This document shows positions 12,801 through 25,280 of a stretch of 64,000 nucleotides of DNA, in pieces. Made by a program: the position numbers and the translations under genes. The stretch's first letter is position 1. The number at the start of each line of letters is the position of its first letter. Source of the stretch: Lama guanicoe (lineage: Eukaryota). The notes beneath the pieces were generated by a model that did no database searches, was not told the DNA's origin, and worked only from the letters and a program-made list of their open reading frames with translations. The stretch is from positions 10,641,003-10,705,002 of the forward strand of contig MU053934.1 in NCBI GenBank assembly GCA_013239625.1. The letters are read 5' to 3'.

Positions 12801-13760
12801 ATCAACATTTTTCAAATGTGTAAGTTCCCCAGAAATTAATCTACAGGGTCAGTGACATCCCCCTTCCAAGAAAATCCGATGGAATTTGTGTGCCACCGAA
12901 CAGATTCATTTTGAAGTTTGTATGAAATAAAATTTTCAAGAAAACAGCCGAAATCATTGTTTTTTATTTTTGATTTTGAAAAGCAACAAGAGATGCCCTA
13001 TTGGATATCAAAATACAGCACAATGATGAAGTAGTTAAACCAGCATGCTGTTGGTGCTGTAAAAATACTAAACTGAATGAAGTAAGAAGCAAGAAATACA
13101 CCCACGTAAATTGCAGCTGGCAGTGTGTGGTAAGCTTACGGGATAAGGAAGAGTCTGAAACTCGTGGAGAAAGTATAGATCACTAAATAAATGACATTGG
13201 AACAAATATCTCGCCATATCATAGAAGACAGTATCATAAATAACAGGAAACGTTAAATGCAAAACATTAAAGCAAATCATGAAACAGGAAAAGAAAACAT
13301 AAGAATTTATTGTAACCGTTTGGCACATAAAGGCTCTTCCAAAGCAGAGAATTAAGAAACCATCAGAAAATGAGAAATACAGAAGGATGTGACTTAATTA
13401 AAAGGAAAATAAAATTTCAGAATAACAAGACAACTTAAATGAAATCAAAAGAAACGCTTTAATCTGAGAGAAAGCCATTACCAGGGATGTAAAAAAAATT
13501 GCAGCTCTGTATTAATAAGGTCAAGGGCACCTAACGTAGGAACGGGCAAAGCCTCTGGCCGCATCACTTCCCTCTGAGCAATGCAAAACAACAGTAAACA
13601 GCATGAGAGACGGTCAGCGCCTCGGCTGGTCATGGGAGTGAAAGGGAAAATACTGATGCAGCGTTTTTGCTTAGATTGTAATGTTAAGCTGACAGTACCA
13701 AGCCTCCGTCATCTCTAGTTGCAGGCACTTGCGTTTGCTCACAGACAGTCGCTAGGTTAG
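12800..13760 (+). mobile_element. Old L1 (L1ME-like) 3' ORF2 fragment
   Basis: gttccccagaaattaatctacagggtcagtg...gattcattttgaagtttgtatgaaa...gccctattggatatcaaaatac...aaataaatgacattggaac. Confidence 0.75.
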
Positions 13761-15156
13761 CGGGGGTGGTGGTGAGAGGACCACTCCTGTCTCCCCCCTT
13801 GATTTCCAGACCCACGCATTACGGCTCGGGGAGAAGCACCACACAGCAGGCCGACTTACAGCATAACCGCGTTCTACAAGGAGCACCCCATCCTTTCAGG
13901 ACGCTGAATCCCACTGCACCAGAACTGAGAATTCAGTGTGCCGTCCTCCCTCTCAGTCAGGCTGCCTACTTCCGGACGGATGGCCGAGCGTGGGGTAAGA
14001 CCAGGAAAGTCCGCGGGCAGGAGCCCTTGGCTGCGCTCTTTGCTATGAAAGGAGTTTCCCGACCAGATGCAGGGCTGGGAGGCGGGCCAGGCGGGTGGGT
14101 ACTGCATTCTGTGAGCCCATGAACGATGGGGAGGGCAGAAGCGTTCCAGGTAGGGGAGGAAAATCTGTATCCAGAGAACGTGTGTGCTCCTGTGAGGACG
14201 AATCTGTGCCTCCTCAGCAGTGGGAGATGACGGGAGAGGTCCAGTGTAGTCAACCTGTCTCCAGGTGGCCCATCTGTCCCCCCAGGGATTGGCTCAAACC
14301 CCAGGGGGCCGCAGGCATGGCCTCAGGGCAAGGGGGCACGGGACAGGGGCGGTGCCAGGTGGGCCTGGGACACCTGCTCGTGCTGCCCGAGCCCAGTCTC
14401 TTGCACCCACTTCCGCTCAGCAGTGGGTGCTGCTGCCACCCCCCGTCGTGCTAGGTGGGCCCGGCAGCCCCCAGTTGACTGGGAGGTCCCCACAGGCGGG
14501 GCGGAAGGCATCTGCGTGCTGTCGAATCCTTCAGGGTATCAGGACTTTCCTAGTAAATCCGTCGATTGTTGGTAAAGCCTGGAAGAATTTGGGCTAGAAG
14601 TTACTGTTTTGAGTCCAGAGGAGGACTAAGCAGATTTTCCACAGGCGAGGGTCTGCAGATTCATTCTCGGTGCACAGCTGCTCTGTTATAAAGAGTTTTC
14701 TTTCTGCTGAAGTTTTACCTGTGTCACGCCCCCAGTCACTTCAAACACCAGCCAAAGGGCGCACAGGCTTCTTGACACAACCTCCATATCCCCCCACATT
14801 TGCCCCATCCAATTGTAACTCTTATTGTCTCCTGCAGTTGCCCTGCCCCAGAGCCAGTCCATGAGGGGACAGTATAAGAACACGCGTAACCACAGCACCA
14901 GGAAGAGCTGGGTGACGTGTCTGAGGCAGGCAGAGGGCCGTGCGGGAGCGCAGGGAGGGGCGGGTCAGGTTCTGGCTGGGGACCGGGGGGAGGCCGAGGG
15001 AAGAGGCGGCCCTCATCATGGGCCTTGAATAAAGGACTGGGGCCTGGACGGTGGAAAGGCTGGTGGAAGCGAGAGAGCTGCCGGCACAGATGCAGGGAAC
15101 GGGCAGCGCGGGGCTCGTCAGTGGGACGCCAGATGGACCTCTGCTTGTATCAGAGT

Positions 15157-15420
15157 ATTCATTCATTCAATCATTCCCTCATTTATTTCTTCACAGGTAT
15201 TTACTGAGATCCTAGTGTGTGTGAGACCCATGCTAGGCAGCCCTAATAAAATGGTTAATAAGACTGGCAAAACCTCTGGCCTCATGGATCTCGCAGTCAG
15301 CAGGGAAGATGGACACTGTTTTCTAAAATCCCACTGTTCATCGTAAAACCAAGCATGAGAAGAGCCACGGCGCACGGAGCTACCAGGGGCTGTTGGAGAT
15401 GAACCGCTCTGGATGGGAGA
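15157..15420 (-). mobile_element. L2 3' terminus, antisense
   Basis: attcattcattcaatc...caggtatttactgagatcctagtgtgtg...cctcatggatctcgcagtc. Confidence 0.8.
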
Positions 15421-15429
15421 AGTAGCTGG

Positions 15430-15615
15430 CAATTTGGAAGCAGACGGATTTGGGTTTGAAATCTGGCTCCTCATTTGCCAGCCCTGTAATCTTGGCAAGG
15501 TTCTCTCTGAGCTCGCGTCTCGGCGGTGCTCCTGTGGATAGCATCTCTTTGCGTTGCTGTTAAGAGGACTCGGGAAGACAACGCATCTGATTTGCCTGGC
15601 ACAAACACGGCACCA
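15430..15615 (+). mobile_element. MIR SINE
   Basis: gcagacggatttgggtttgaaatctggctcctcatttgccagccctgtaatcttggcaagg...gcctggcaca. Confidence 0.75.
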
Positions 15616-16814
15616 ACAACAGTCCTTCTCCTGTGTCGCTATGTGCAGTTGCTCTTACTTGTGAGGAGATGCTCAGATACCCGCCTCCTTCCAGGAGCTC
15701 AGACGCGTGGACAGGGTGAGTTATCTGGGCACATACTCGGTTCAGAGCTTCTTTACGAAAGGAGAGGAAAAGCTAATCTCCCTGTGACGGGAATTTCTCA
15801 GCCTTCTTTGGATGCAGCCCGTGCTGAGAGGTGCCAGCAGCGGAGTGTTAGAAACAAGAGCGTGCAGGGCCCCAGACCTGGTGTCCGGCTCGCCATCTCG
15901 GGTGTGCTGTGGAAGCGTCCAGCTGTGGGGAGGGGTGAGGCCGGCCCAGAAATGTGAGGGCAGGGCCTTCTGCTGACCTGGCGCTGGAGCTCAGTCTTGA
16001 GAAACAAAGGAGTTTCTGGGTGAGTGCATCAGATGAGGGGACACCCGGCTGGACCCCAGGCACGCCGCAGAAGGCCAGGGTAGGAGAGCCCGGCATCAGT
16101 GCAGCTTCTCCTAAGAGCCAGCTGCAGACCTTGTGCGAGGCCGGCTGGGGGGTGGGCCGGTCCACGGATCCCACGGTCCTGGCAGCACCCTGTGGACCTT
16201 AGATACGAGGGTGAGTCCCAGGGAGACAGGCTGGAGAATCAGTTCAAATCCACTCAGTCTGTCCCTCCTTCATGTCATCAACAAAGGGAGAGCCTGGGTG
16301 GAGCCCCTGAGAAGTGAGCTGGGCCAACGTCAGACCCCCTCCTGTCCCTGCGACCCGAAGCCTGGTGTCCCAGGTGTCCCAGGCAGGCCAGGAGTGCGGT
16401 TCTGAGATGTTGACAGAGAGACACTCGCCCCTGTGACTGTCTCAAGGGGCCAAAGAAAATGAAATGGCCCATTTGTACTCAAAGATTTCAGAACGTGAGC
16501 GCTCTCCTAAATCGCCCTGCACGGAGCGCTTCCACAGGGCACGAGGGGAGGAATCTCCTGGCCCGCATCCCGCAGAGCGGGGGTCGGGGAGGGCACGTCA
16601 GTGAAGGTACAGGGTTGAGACGCTCCTCTCAGCTGCTCCCGTCCCCGGGCCACTGGCTTCAAGTAGGATCCCCGTCTCCTCTCCGAACATGAGAGATTTC
16701 AGGGAAATTTGCGTGGCTGAGCGCCCGGTCGGCCCCGGCTCCAGCAGGGCAGCCCTGAGCCCGGCCCTCCACCTCTGGCCCCATCCCGGTGTCGGCACAC
16801 AGGTGAGAGGTGGG

Positions 16815-16942
16815 TGAGTCATTGTCTCCGCTGGAATTTAGGTCGGGCCCTGAGCCCCGCTCTTTAATTCTGGGTGAGTCAGGAGAAGTTGAGAGGTGAA
16901 CACCCGTGTAATGGGAGCACGATTTATTGCTGGTGTGAGTCA
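16815..16942. promoter_or_regulatory. Three AP-1 (TGAGTCA) sites
   Basis: TGAGTCA at 16815, 16875 and 16936. Confidence 0.5.
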
Positions 16943-17719
16943 TACTTGAGGTGCATTTAAAGGGAGAAAAAAACCCAGGATGGGGGAAATTGAATTAACT
17001 CACTACAGAGCTCAGTTAAAATGCAGTGAGGCTGGGAGGGAGCTGGGGGGCGCTGGACAGAGCAGGGGGCTCGCCCCTGATCAGACAGGTGGTGAGGGAG
17101 GGGGCGGGTGGGGCCGGGGCTCAGGAAGCCGGCGGGCGGGCTGCAGCGGAGCCGAGAGCACCCGGGGGGATCTGGCATCACATTTCTGGATCCTCTGGAG
17201 GTTCTGCGTCCTTTGCTCCGTGTTTCCGTGTTGCATAGCTGATCTTTTCCACGGGACTTCAGTGTTGACACTATCAATTTCTCTCTGGAGACAAGAAAAC
17301 TGAGGGAAAGCGGAAATCACTTATCTGGGCCACAGAGCTCACAGGCGAAGAGCTCAGCATTGCTGAGGGACGTCCCCCTCAGAGACCTGGCTCTGTGCAT
17401 GCCCGGTGGGCTCCCGCCTTCCCGCTTCGTTCTCTCAGTTCTTCCCGGGCACTTGTGTGGTCGTCTCATTGAAGTCCTTTCCCACCTGTCCCTCTGTGAG
17501 AGCTAACCCGTTACCTCCTGGCCTGGGCTCTGAACTGCTCCTGTTGTGACAGGGACAGTGGGAGGCCGTGGGAGCTCTGAGCTGTGTGGTGCCACCTCCT
17601 GACCCAGGCACCTCGGGAAACAGCAGAGTCCAGCCGAGACCACTGAGGTGTTGGGCCCTGATGGACTGGAATTCGAGTCTTGGCCCCTCCACCCACAAGG
17701 GTTAGTTGTGGTCCAGAAA

Positions 17720-17785
17720 TGGAAGCTCCCTGAGCCCCAGTTGGCTCACCTATAAAAGGATGATGATTGTAGAATAAGAATTAAT
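17720..17785 (+). mobile_element. MIR core fragment
   Basis: ctccctgagccccagttggctcacctataaaaggatgatgat. Confidence 0.6.
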
Positions 17786-17791
17786 AATATA

Positions 17792-18470
17792 ATACTATGG
17801 ATAACAGTATGGCGAGTCCTTAACAAACTAAAAATAGAATTATCGTTTGATCCAGCAATCCTGCTCCTGAGTACAGATCTGGAGAAACTTTAACTTCAAA
17901 AGGTACATGCATGCAGCCATGCGTGTAAGATACATGAAAGCAACCTAAACATCCGTTGACAGATGAATAGATAAAGAAGTTGTGAGACACACACACATAT
18001 ATACACACAATGGAGTATTACTCAGCTATGAAAAAGAATGAAATAATGCCATTTGCAGCAACATGGAAGGACCTGGAGATCATCAAACTAAGTGAAGTAA
18101 GCCAGTTAGAGAAAGACACATATCATATGATATCACTTACATGTGGAATCTAAAAAAATGACATGAGTGAACTTATATGTAAAACAGAAAAAGACTCAGA
18201 CATAGAAAACAATCTTATGGTTATTACGAAGGAAAGGAGTGGGTAGGAGTCTGGGATTTGCAGATACAAACTACTCTATGCGGAATAGATAAACAGCAAG
18301 GTCCTACTGTGCAGCACAGGGAACTATATTCAATACCCTGTAATGGCCTATAATGAGGAAAAAACATGAAAAGGAATATATACGTGCGTAACTGAATCAC
18401 GATGTTGTACACCAGAGACTAACACTACATTGTAAATCAACTCTATTGCGATAATAAAATAATAAAATGA
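17792..18470 (+). mobile_element. Younger 5'-truncated L1 3' end (cetartiodactyl/camelid type)
   Basis: Well-preserved 3' end: gatccagcaatcctgctcctg, aatgccatttgcagcaacatgga, gggatttgcagatacaaactact...aaggtcctactgtgcagcacagggaactatattcaatacc, cattgtaaatcaactct then A-rich tail. Confidence 0.92.
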
Positions 18471-19796
18471 TATTACCGCCGTAAGGACTTTGCACTCCAC
18501 GTGTCCTTCTGCGGCCCGGCTGGGTCCCACACGCACTTGCACCATCAACCCCGGTCCAGGAGGGGGTGTGACCCCCGCGTGCAGCTGACACAGCTGAGTC
18601 TCAGGCAGGCTGACGCTGTCCGTGTCCCCACGGAGCCCTGGTGGAGGGGGAGGGAAGCCAGGATGCCCCCTGTCCTGGGGGCAGGGCACCCACCTCCCAG
18701 GGGCTGGGGGCTCAAACAGGGTGGTGAGCGCCCATGCGCTCTCTGCGTGCAATGAAAAATACGTGACTGACAAACGTAGCTGGCGGCGCTTCTCAGCCTC
18801 CGCCAGACTGTCTCAAACCCCTGGCGCCGTGTTAAAATGCACGATCTGGCCTCGGCCAGGGTGGCCTCTGAAACTGCCCTTCTAACCGCGTCCAGCCGGA
18901 GCCGTGCTGTGGGGAGGGGGGTCTCTGTGAGCCGGGCGTTCCTCATGTGACATGTGATACGTGAGTTGTTTGGGCTAATTCCGGGGGCTGCGGACCGGGA
19001 GGTAACGGGCCATCTCTGCAGAAGGTGGCCTTGGGTCATCCCCCCACCTGTCAGCTTTGCCCTGCCCAGAGCAAATGGTCACTGCTGCCCAGGCCTTCCA
19101 AACTCTCCCTTCGCACCTCATCCTGGATGCGCGGACCCCATCCCACCCTCCTCACGGGGCCGGCTCTGGGAACCGGGCAGAGCTCTCTGCAGCCGCCCGC
19201 CCGGGGGCAGGGAGGCCTGGGAGGACGGCCGGGGGTCCCACCACCCTCCCTGGGGATCAGTGGGGCGGGGCCGGTGGATGCTTTTCAAGTGCATCCCCCC
19301 GGGCTGCTTTGTCCTGCCAGGCTCCTGCCTCAACTTACAGAGAACCCGGGCTTCGCACCCATCCCGTCCAAGTCAGGGGAAGACGCGTGTGTGCGTGTAC
19401 GCGTGTGTGTAAACATGCCCGTGTGACGGCGCACAGGGGCCTGAGAGCCGCCCCTGCCCACACCTGTGCAGGAGCAGGAGGATGATCTCTCGGGAGTTTA
19501 CAAGTGTCTTTCTTCATTCCCTGCTCTGGTGACTGCGAGTCAGTCCATATCCCGCCCGAGGAGAGAAGTGCAGTGTTTGCTTCCTTCCCCCCTTCCCTTC
19601 TTCCCCACTTCCTTCCTCCTGTGCTTACTAGCCTGGAGGTTTACTCAGCGCAACTGCTGTTTTATTTTTTGAAACAAAATAAATGTTCTTTGCTTTTCTC
19701 CATCCCCACTAATTGTGATTTATATGAGTTTAAAAGTCTTCCGTTCCAGCATTTATATCTGGAAGCCGTAAATCTTAGGAGGTAGCTTTATCTCAG

Positions 19797-19860
19797 CCAC
19801 ACACACATACACACACACCACACACACCCCATCTCACACACACACCCCACACCACACCCC
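19797..19860. repeat. CA-rich degenerate microsatellite
   Basis: cacacacacatacacacacaccacacacacccc... Confidence 0.8.
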
Positions 19861-20087
19861 TCTTAATCCCAAAGCTGTTCCTCGGGTCTGCACTCCTGCT
19901 TTTTCCAGAGCAGGCGGGGAGCAGAGAACATGTTGATGCCATTTTGAGATGGGAAGGTGAGACCACATACTGGCAGCCCCATGGCTGGGATACAAGCCTC
20001 CAGATCCAGACTTTTTTCTCTCTGCCCAGAAATCTGGCCTAGAACTGAAGGCGGGGTCAGTGGTTTCTCATTAACAAACGCGATCCA

Positions 20088-20277
20088 GCTTCAGCCTTCA
20101 CCTGATTGGACGAGGCCCACCCACACCATGGAGGGCAATCTGCGCTTCTCAAAGTTTACTGATGACAGATGTTAATCACAGCTGAAAAATATTTCACAGT
20201 CACACCTAGACTGGTGTTCAACCAAACGTCTGGGCACCACAGCCCAGCCAAGCTGTCACATGGAAAGAACCATCACA
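20088..20277 (-). mobile_element. MLT2 (ERVL) LTR 5' part, antisense
   Basis: gccttcacctgattggacgaggcccacccacaccatggagggcaatctgc...agccaagctgtcacatggaaagaaccatcaca. Confidence 0.88.
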
Positions 20278-21196
20278 ATGTGTGCAGCCCTTGGGACAGT
20301 GCCACGCTGACAGGGCAGACGCCGTACTTTAGGGATTATTTGTAGCTGTCACCGAGGGAATGCTCCTTGCCTACTGAGTTGCGTAAGAGCCTTAATCATT
20401 TAAAGTGTTCAAGGAGTCAGGCCACTGACATTGAGAACCGAAAACAAGCTGTGCACACAATTGTCGAGTATTTCAGGACGACCAAAGTCTTGCTGAAGAA
20501 AGTAATATTTAGTCTGGATCACGCACTCATTAAAGTCCCTCCTGGTCCTGATTTCTATGATTCCATTGTTTTATGAGGCTTTTTAAACACAAAGCTGCAT
20601 TTTGGCGTACTGAACAAAGGAAACCTGTGAGATTATAGACACGGGTGAGGATTTCTACGTGGAAGCACTGCTTTTGCGAGTCTGTGCTCCAGCGTGGGCA
20701 CACACGGCTCCCCGGCCGGAGCTTCTTCCTCCCGACGCTGTGATGCCCGTCTGTGAGGATGAGCAGGGGGACTCGTCCAGAAGTCCTGTTTGCACGTGAA
20801 GCAGTGCCTCACGGAGCTGGTTTTTCTGCAAAGATAAAACAACTGCCAGGGACATGGGTGGAGATCCTTGTGACTTTTCTCTTTCAGACTTCCAAAAATG
20901 TTGAACAAAATCAGCAATATTGGTACATTTGTTATACTTTTCCATCCTGTTTGTTCAGAGAAACTACTTTTTCTCGCCCTAATCACTGCACAGGGAAACT
21001 TCCACAGCAGGCTTTCCCGGAGGAGAGTGAAGCTGGCAGCGTGTGTCTTTCTGCGTAGCTGCGGATGACCCTCGGAGGCTGGTGTGGGAGGAGTGGGTGT
21101 TTCTAACCAGCCAGACGGGGCTTCAGAATATATAAAGCCACTTGGGAAGTATTACTTATTATTGCTGAAAGCATTGCATATACTTAGAGTAAAGAA

Positions 21197-21295
21197 GGGG
21201 AGTGGGGAGCGCGTGGCTAGCAAGGACAAGGTCCTGGGTTCAGTCCCCAGCACCTCTGTTAAAAATAAATAAGAAAATAAATCTAATTACCTTCA
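21197..21295 (+). mobile_element. Camelid tRNA-derived SINE (vic-1-like), 5' degraded
   Basis: gagcgcgtggctagcaaggacaaggtcctgggttcagtccccagcacctctgttaaaaataaataa...aatctaattacc; B-box-like ggttcagtccc followed by the AT-rich tail recalled for the camelid SINE. Confidence 0.75.
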
Positions 21296-22229
21296 AATTT
21301 TTTAAAATAAAGTAAATTAATGCTTGCTAATGTTGGACAAAATTTAATTGAAAAAGATTACCAGTAAGTGGTACGAATTTCATAAATATATCTTACATAT
21401 TTGAATGACTTCCTCATTCAGATTATGTTTCTTGACGCAAGATGAGGCAATATGATGTTTTCCTAACTCCGAAACTCTCATATAAAATGGATGGAAATAC
21501 ACCAGTACACTTTGGAGGGCTTCTCAAATTCCCCATACTTATGCAGAAATGGGTAGGCTTCTGTGTCCTTTTGGAAGACAAAGTGGAAGAGCAAAAGCCC
21601 GCAGGCATTTTCCTGATAGCCCTTTGATACAGCAAAGAGATTTGAAATCTTTAAAAACTACGTATTTGTGTTAAGAAATAGTTGCGTTTTAGGCTGTGCA
21701 CATTGAACACTGAGTAAATAATTATATTTTACAGTTTTTTTTTTTTGGCAGCTTACTGAGACACAGCTCTAACAAACTGCAAAGGGCGGATGGGACAAAT
21801 CTAGTATACAAAAGCAAAGACTGTGGTTTTTCTCTTCTGTCAATTTCATCACGCACACTTAGGAGAAATCTCAAATCATTGATGTAAAGGGCTGAGGTTG
21901 TTTAAAAGCACAAATACAGGTGGACAGATCTCTATCCATCTAGCTCCCCGTCACCACCCACAAACACGCATTCCACAGAAGACCTGCAGGTGAATGCGGG
22001 GGACACCGGGTGGACCGTGTGTGCCTTGCACACAGAGGGCTGTGACACTCAGCACAGGCCACTGAGAAGACGGAAGGTCCCAGCCGAGTACCTGAGAACT
22101 GAGGGTCCATGGGTCTGGTGAAACGAGCAGGTCGAGGCTGGAGTCAGGCGGCATGTCTGACACCGGCTCGCCTGTACCGATCAGAGCCCCCTGGGTTCCT
22201 GATGAACAACCCGCCATCTCCAGCGGCGT

Positions 22230-22700
22230 CTGCTGCGGGCAGGGACTCGCTTCCCTAGGGCCCTGGAGAGGCCAGGCGCGCACGCAGGCGCAAGCAGCGC
22301 TGCCGGGTGCCGGCTTGGCTTCCCTGGGATGAAACCGACTTCCCGTGCCCTCCTAGGCTGAGGGCGCGCCTCCAGCCCCAGGGGCTCCTCAGACAGCGTG
22401 TGGTCGCAGGGAAGAAAGCTGTGCCCGCACGGCCAGGTGCCAAACACGTGGCAGCCCACGCAGGCCGCCCGCGGGCTCGCCTTGGTGTGCGTCCGGGAGG
22501 CGCAGGGCTGCTGACTGGCCGCACACCTGCGGGGCCCAGCGGGGGAGGTGGCGTTGCAACTCCCGTCCTGGCAGCGGTGGCACAGCCACGCCAAGACAAG
22601 AGGGGAGGGGCTGCGGGACAGCCCAGCCCCCGAGGCCAGGCCCCGCCACGTCGCAGGCCCAGCGCGCGCTTTGGCTGCGGGGGGTTAAAGGTCAGAGACC
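22230..22700. promoter_or_regulatory. CpG-rich segment
   Basis: ggcgcgcacgcaggcgcaagcagcgctgccggg, ggccgcccgcgggctcg, cagcgcgcgct. Confidence 0.4.
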
Positions 22701-23229
22701 TGGGAGTGTAGATGTGAAGACGACACAGCCCTGCCATTCGAGGTGCTGCATTCCTAGGGAGAAGGCGTGTGAAAACTGCTCAGCACAGTGCTAAATGCTG
22801 GACAAAGTCCTCTGAGCTGACAGCACGGGGACCCGGGGCGGCCTCAGGAGCGCAGGGGCCCCCGGGGGCGTCCGGGCAGACGGAAGCTTGGGAGTGAGGG
22901 GAGTGGTGATCAGCCAGGTGGGAGGGCTGTGCCGAGGTGACAAAACACAACGAAACCTTAGGCACACAGCAGTACGTGTGCTCCCACGGTCCCCCCAAGA
23001 GCTGGTGGCCAGGGGCCAGGGCACATCCTTTATGCCGCCATCTGGGGACCGGCGCCCCTTCTGTGTCCGGGGATGGTGCCCTGCTCAGTGCGCGGCTTCA
23101 GAGGTGCTTTCTAGGGCAGGTGATGGAAGTGTCATGGCGTCACTGTTTCCCGTTGGTCAGAGGGAGCCCCGTGGCTCCACCCTCACACAGCGGGGCTCGC
23201 TGTGTGCCCAGAGGGGGAGGGCCCGAGAG

Positions 23230-23700
23230 GTGCTAACGCGCGGCATTATCTCTGGAAGACGAAGGCAGGCCATTTCAGGCAAAGGGGACAAATCAGGCAG
23301 AGACTCAGACAGGAAAGAGCCTGCGGTGGCAGGAGGGTGGCTGCTGTGTTTAGGGGGCGATGAGGATGGATGGGGCTGCGGGTGCAGAGGTTTGCAGGAG
23401 ACAGAAGATGTGCAGCAAGTTGGCACAGAGCTGTGGGGCCCAGGAGGAGGGCTGGTTTGGATCCAGGCACCCTAATCTTGGAGAGGCAGGAAGGCGTGGC
23501 GCTGGAAGTGGTCAGGATTTTAGGAGCCAGTCACAGACGTTCTTGAAGGGAGAAAGGGGGTCTGGATTGGGGTGTCAAGACAGCGGCCACGGAGACAAGC
23601 GGATGGTTGAGAAATATTTCCAACCTGGGAGACAGACTGGAGGCTGGAACCTGCAGGGAGAGGTCGCTTAGGACTTGAGGAAGAGCAGCTGAGAGAATCA
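23230..23700 (-). mobile_element. L2 relic, antisense
   Basis: ccatttcaggcaaaggggacaaatcaggcagagactcagacaggaaagagcctg...tccaacctgggagacagactggaggctggaac. Confidence 0.5.
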
Positions 23701-23899
23701 GTCCTGTTCCACCCCCAGGAACAACGAGGCAAGTAGCTGGAAAAAAGACACGTGGACAGGACGCCGACGAGAGCAGCGCCTTTGGGCCACGGCTGGCGGC
23801 TGTTCGGGTCGGCCGGCTGGCTGGGCCCTGCCCCCCCAGTGTTCACCTGTCCTCTGCTTCTGAGATGGCCCGTCATCCCTGTCACTGAGTGTGCAGTCC

Positions 23900-24680
23900 G
23901 TGCAGCACTGACTCCCGACTTCCCGTGTGTGGCTCAGACCCCCCTGTGCGCTCCAAACGGCGGGCTGAAGTTGCCTCCTGGAAAATTCCACTCGGATGTC
24001 TCCCAAGCAGCGTTGGCTCAGTCTCTCGGAAACTTAACTCGGAAACGTCCCTCCCAGCCGTTGGGGTGACCCCACCTCCCCAGCTGCTTAAGCCACAAAC
24101 TCACGAGCGTGATTCACATCGACCGCTCCTTAAACCCTCGTGTCAGTTAATGACTAAGTCATGCCAGTTTCCTTCCTAAATCTCCCTTCTCCTCTCTTTG
24201 TCAGCTCTGCCCACAGTGTCCTTTAGCGTCCGTCACCAAGGCTGCTCCCCTGGGCTACCCCTGCGTCCAGTCCCGCTCTCAGCCGGTGTGTTTTGCACGG
24301 TGCAGCCAGACCGATCCGTTAACAGTGCGACTTAACAACGCTGCCCCTGCCGTTCCTGTCTCAGGATCCCCCCCGAGGTTTCTGCCACGCCTCAGTTAAA
24401 CGCCACGTTCTAACCTGGCCATATTGTGACACGATCTGATGCCAGCTGAGTCCTCCGTTTCTCTCTGGGTTTTCCTCCTGGCTAGGTGCCAGCAACCGGA
24501 GGACCATCTTCCACTTCCCTGCATGGCCCAGGCTCCTTCCGGCCTCAGACCCCTGGGGCGTCCCGGCCCACCTGTTTGCCATGCTCTGAAGCTCGGCACC
24601 TGTTTAACTGACTCAGCTGAAATGCCACTTCCTCCAGAAAGCCACCTCTGACCCTCCGGACCGAGGTGGGCCTAGTTCCT
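23900..24680 (+). mobile_element. L2 relic
   Basis: ttccactcggatgtctccc, cagctgcttaagccacaaac, tcagctgaaatgccacttcctccagaaagccacctctgacc. Confidence 0.7.
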
Positions 24681-25119
24681 GCTCTTTTTTGACGTTATCC
24701 ACTGACTTGCCGTTAGAAGCTCCAGGCATGAGTTTTGTCTGGAGAGTTTCCTTTCCATGGATGGTGACTCAGTAAAAGGACAGGGAGCGCATGTAACGTT
24801 CGCTATCACTGAACTTTAGAGTTTAAAACCAGGATTGCATATGAACGTGTTTAATACGTATTTTGTTTCGTATTTGTGGACTTAAAGGAAGACAATACAG
24901 AGATCTCATCTAGGCAGAACTAGCTGTTGCTTGTCTGCAGGAGACCTCCCAGGGGACCAGGACTGAAGTTCGGACCCTGGCTGTTTTCACCACCTTGTGA
25001 AGCTTCCGTCTCTGGGGGTTGCTGCAGGACTCGTGGGGGGCAGCAGGGCCGGGGCTGAGAGCGAGGGCTGGGGCTGAGGCGCCCCCGTCCCCATCCTCCC
25101 TCTGCTGGCCATCACCCAC

Positions 25120-25280
25120 GGGACGTTTCTTTGCCTCGCTGAGCCTCACTTTCTGTGTGAATTGAGGGTAATGGTGGCACCTGCCCCGGAGCTTTGCTGT
25201 GAGGAGGAGATGCTAGGACGTGTTAAGGACCAACTCGACCTGTGCTAACCGGTTAATCCACGTCACTCGCTACTGTGTTA
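25120..25280 (+). mobile_element. MIR SINE
   Basis: cctcgctgagcctcactttctgtgtgaattgagggtaatggtggcacctgccc...ttgctgtgagga. Confidence 0.7.

Noticed and set aside
16359..16400. Collagen-like PGVPGVPGRPG
   Set aside because: Short 9-bp tandem repeat without exon boundaries.
21197..21260. tRNA gene
   Set aside because: A-box is degraded and an AT-rich SINE tail follows; it is a SINE head.
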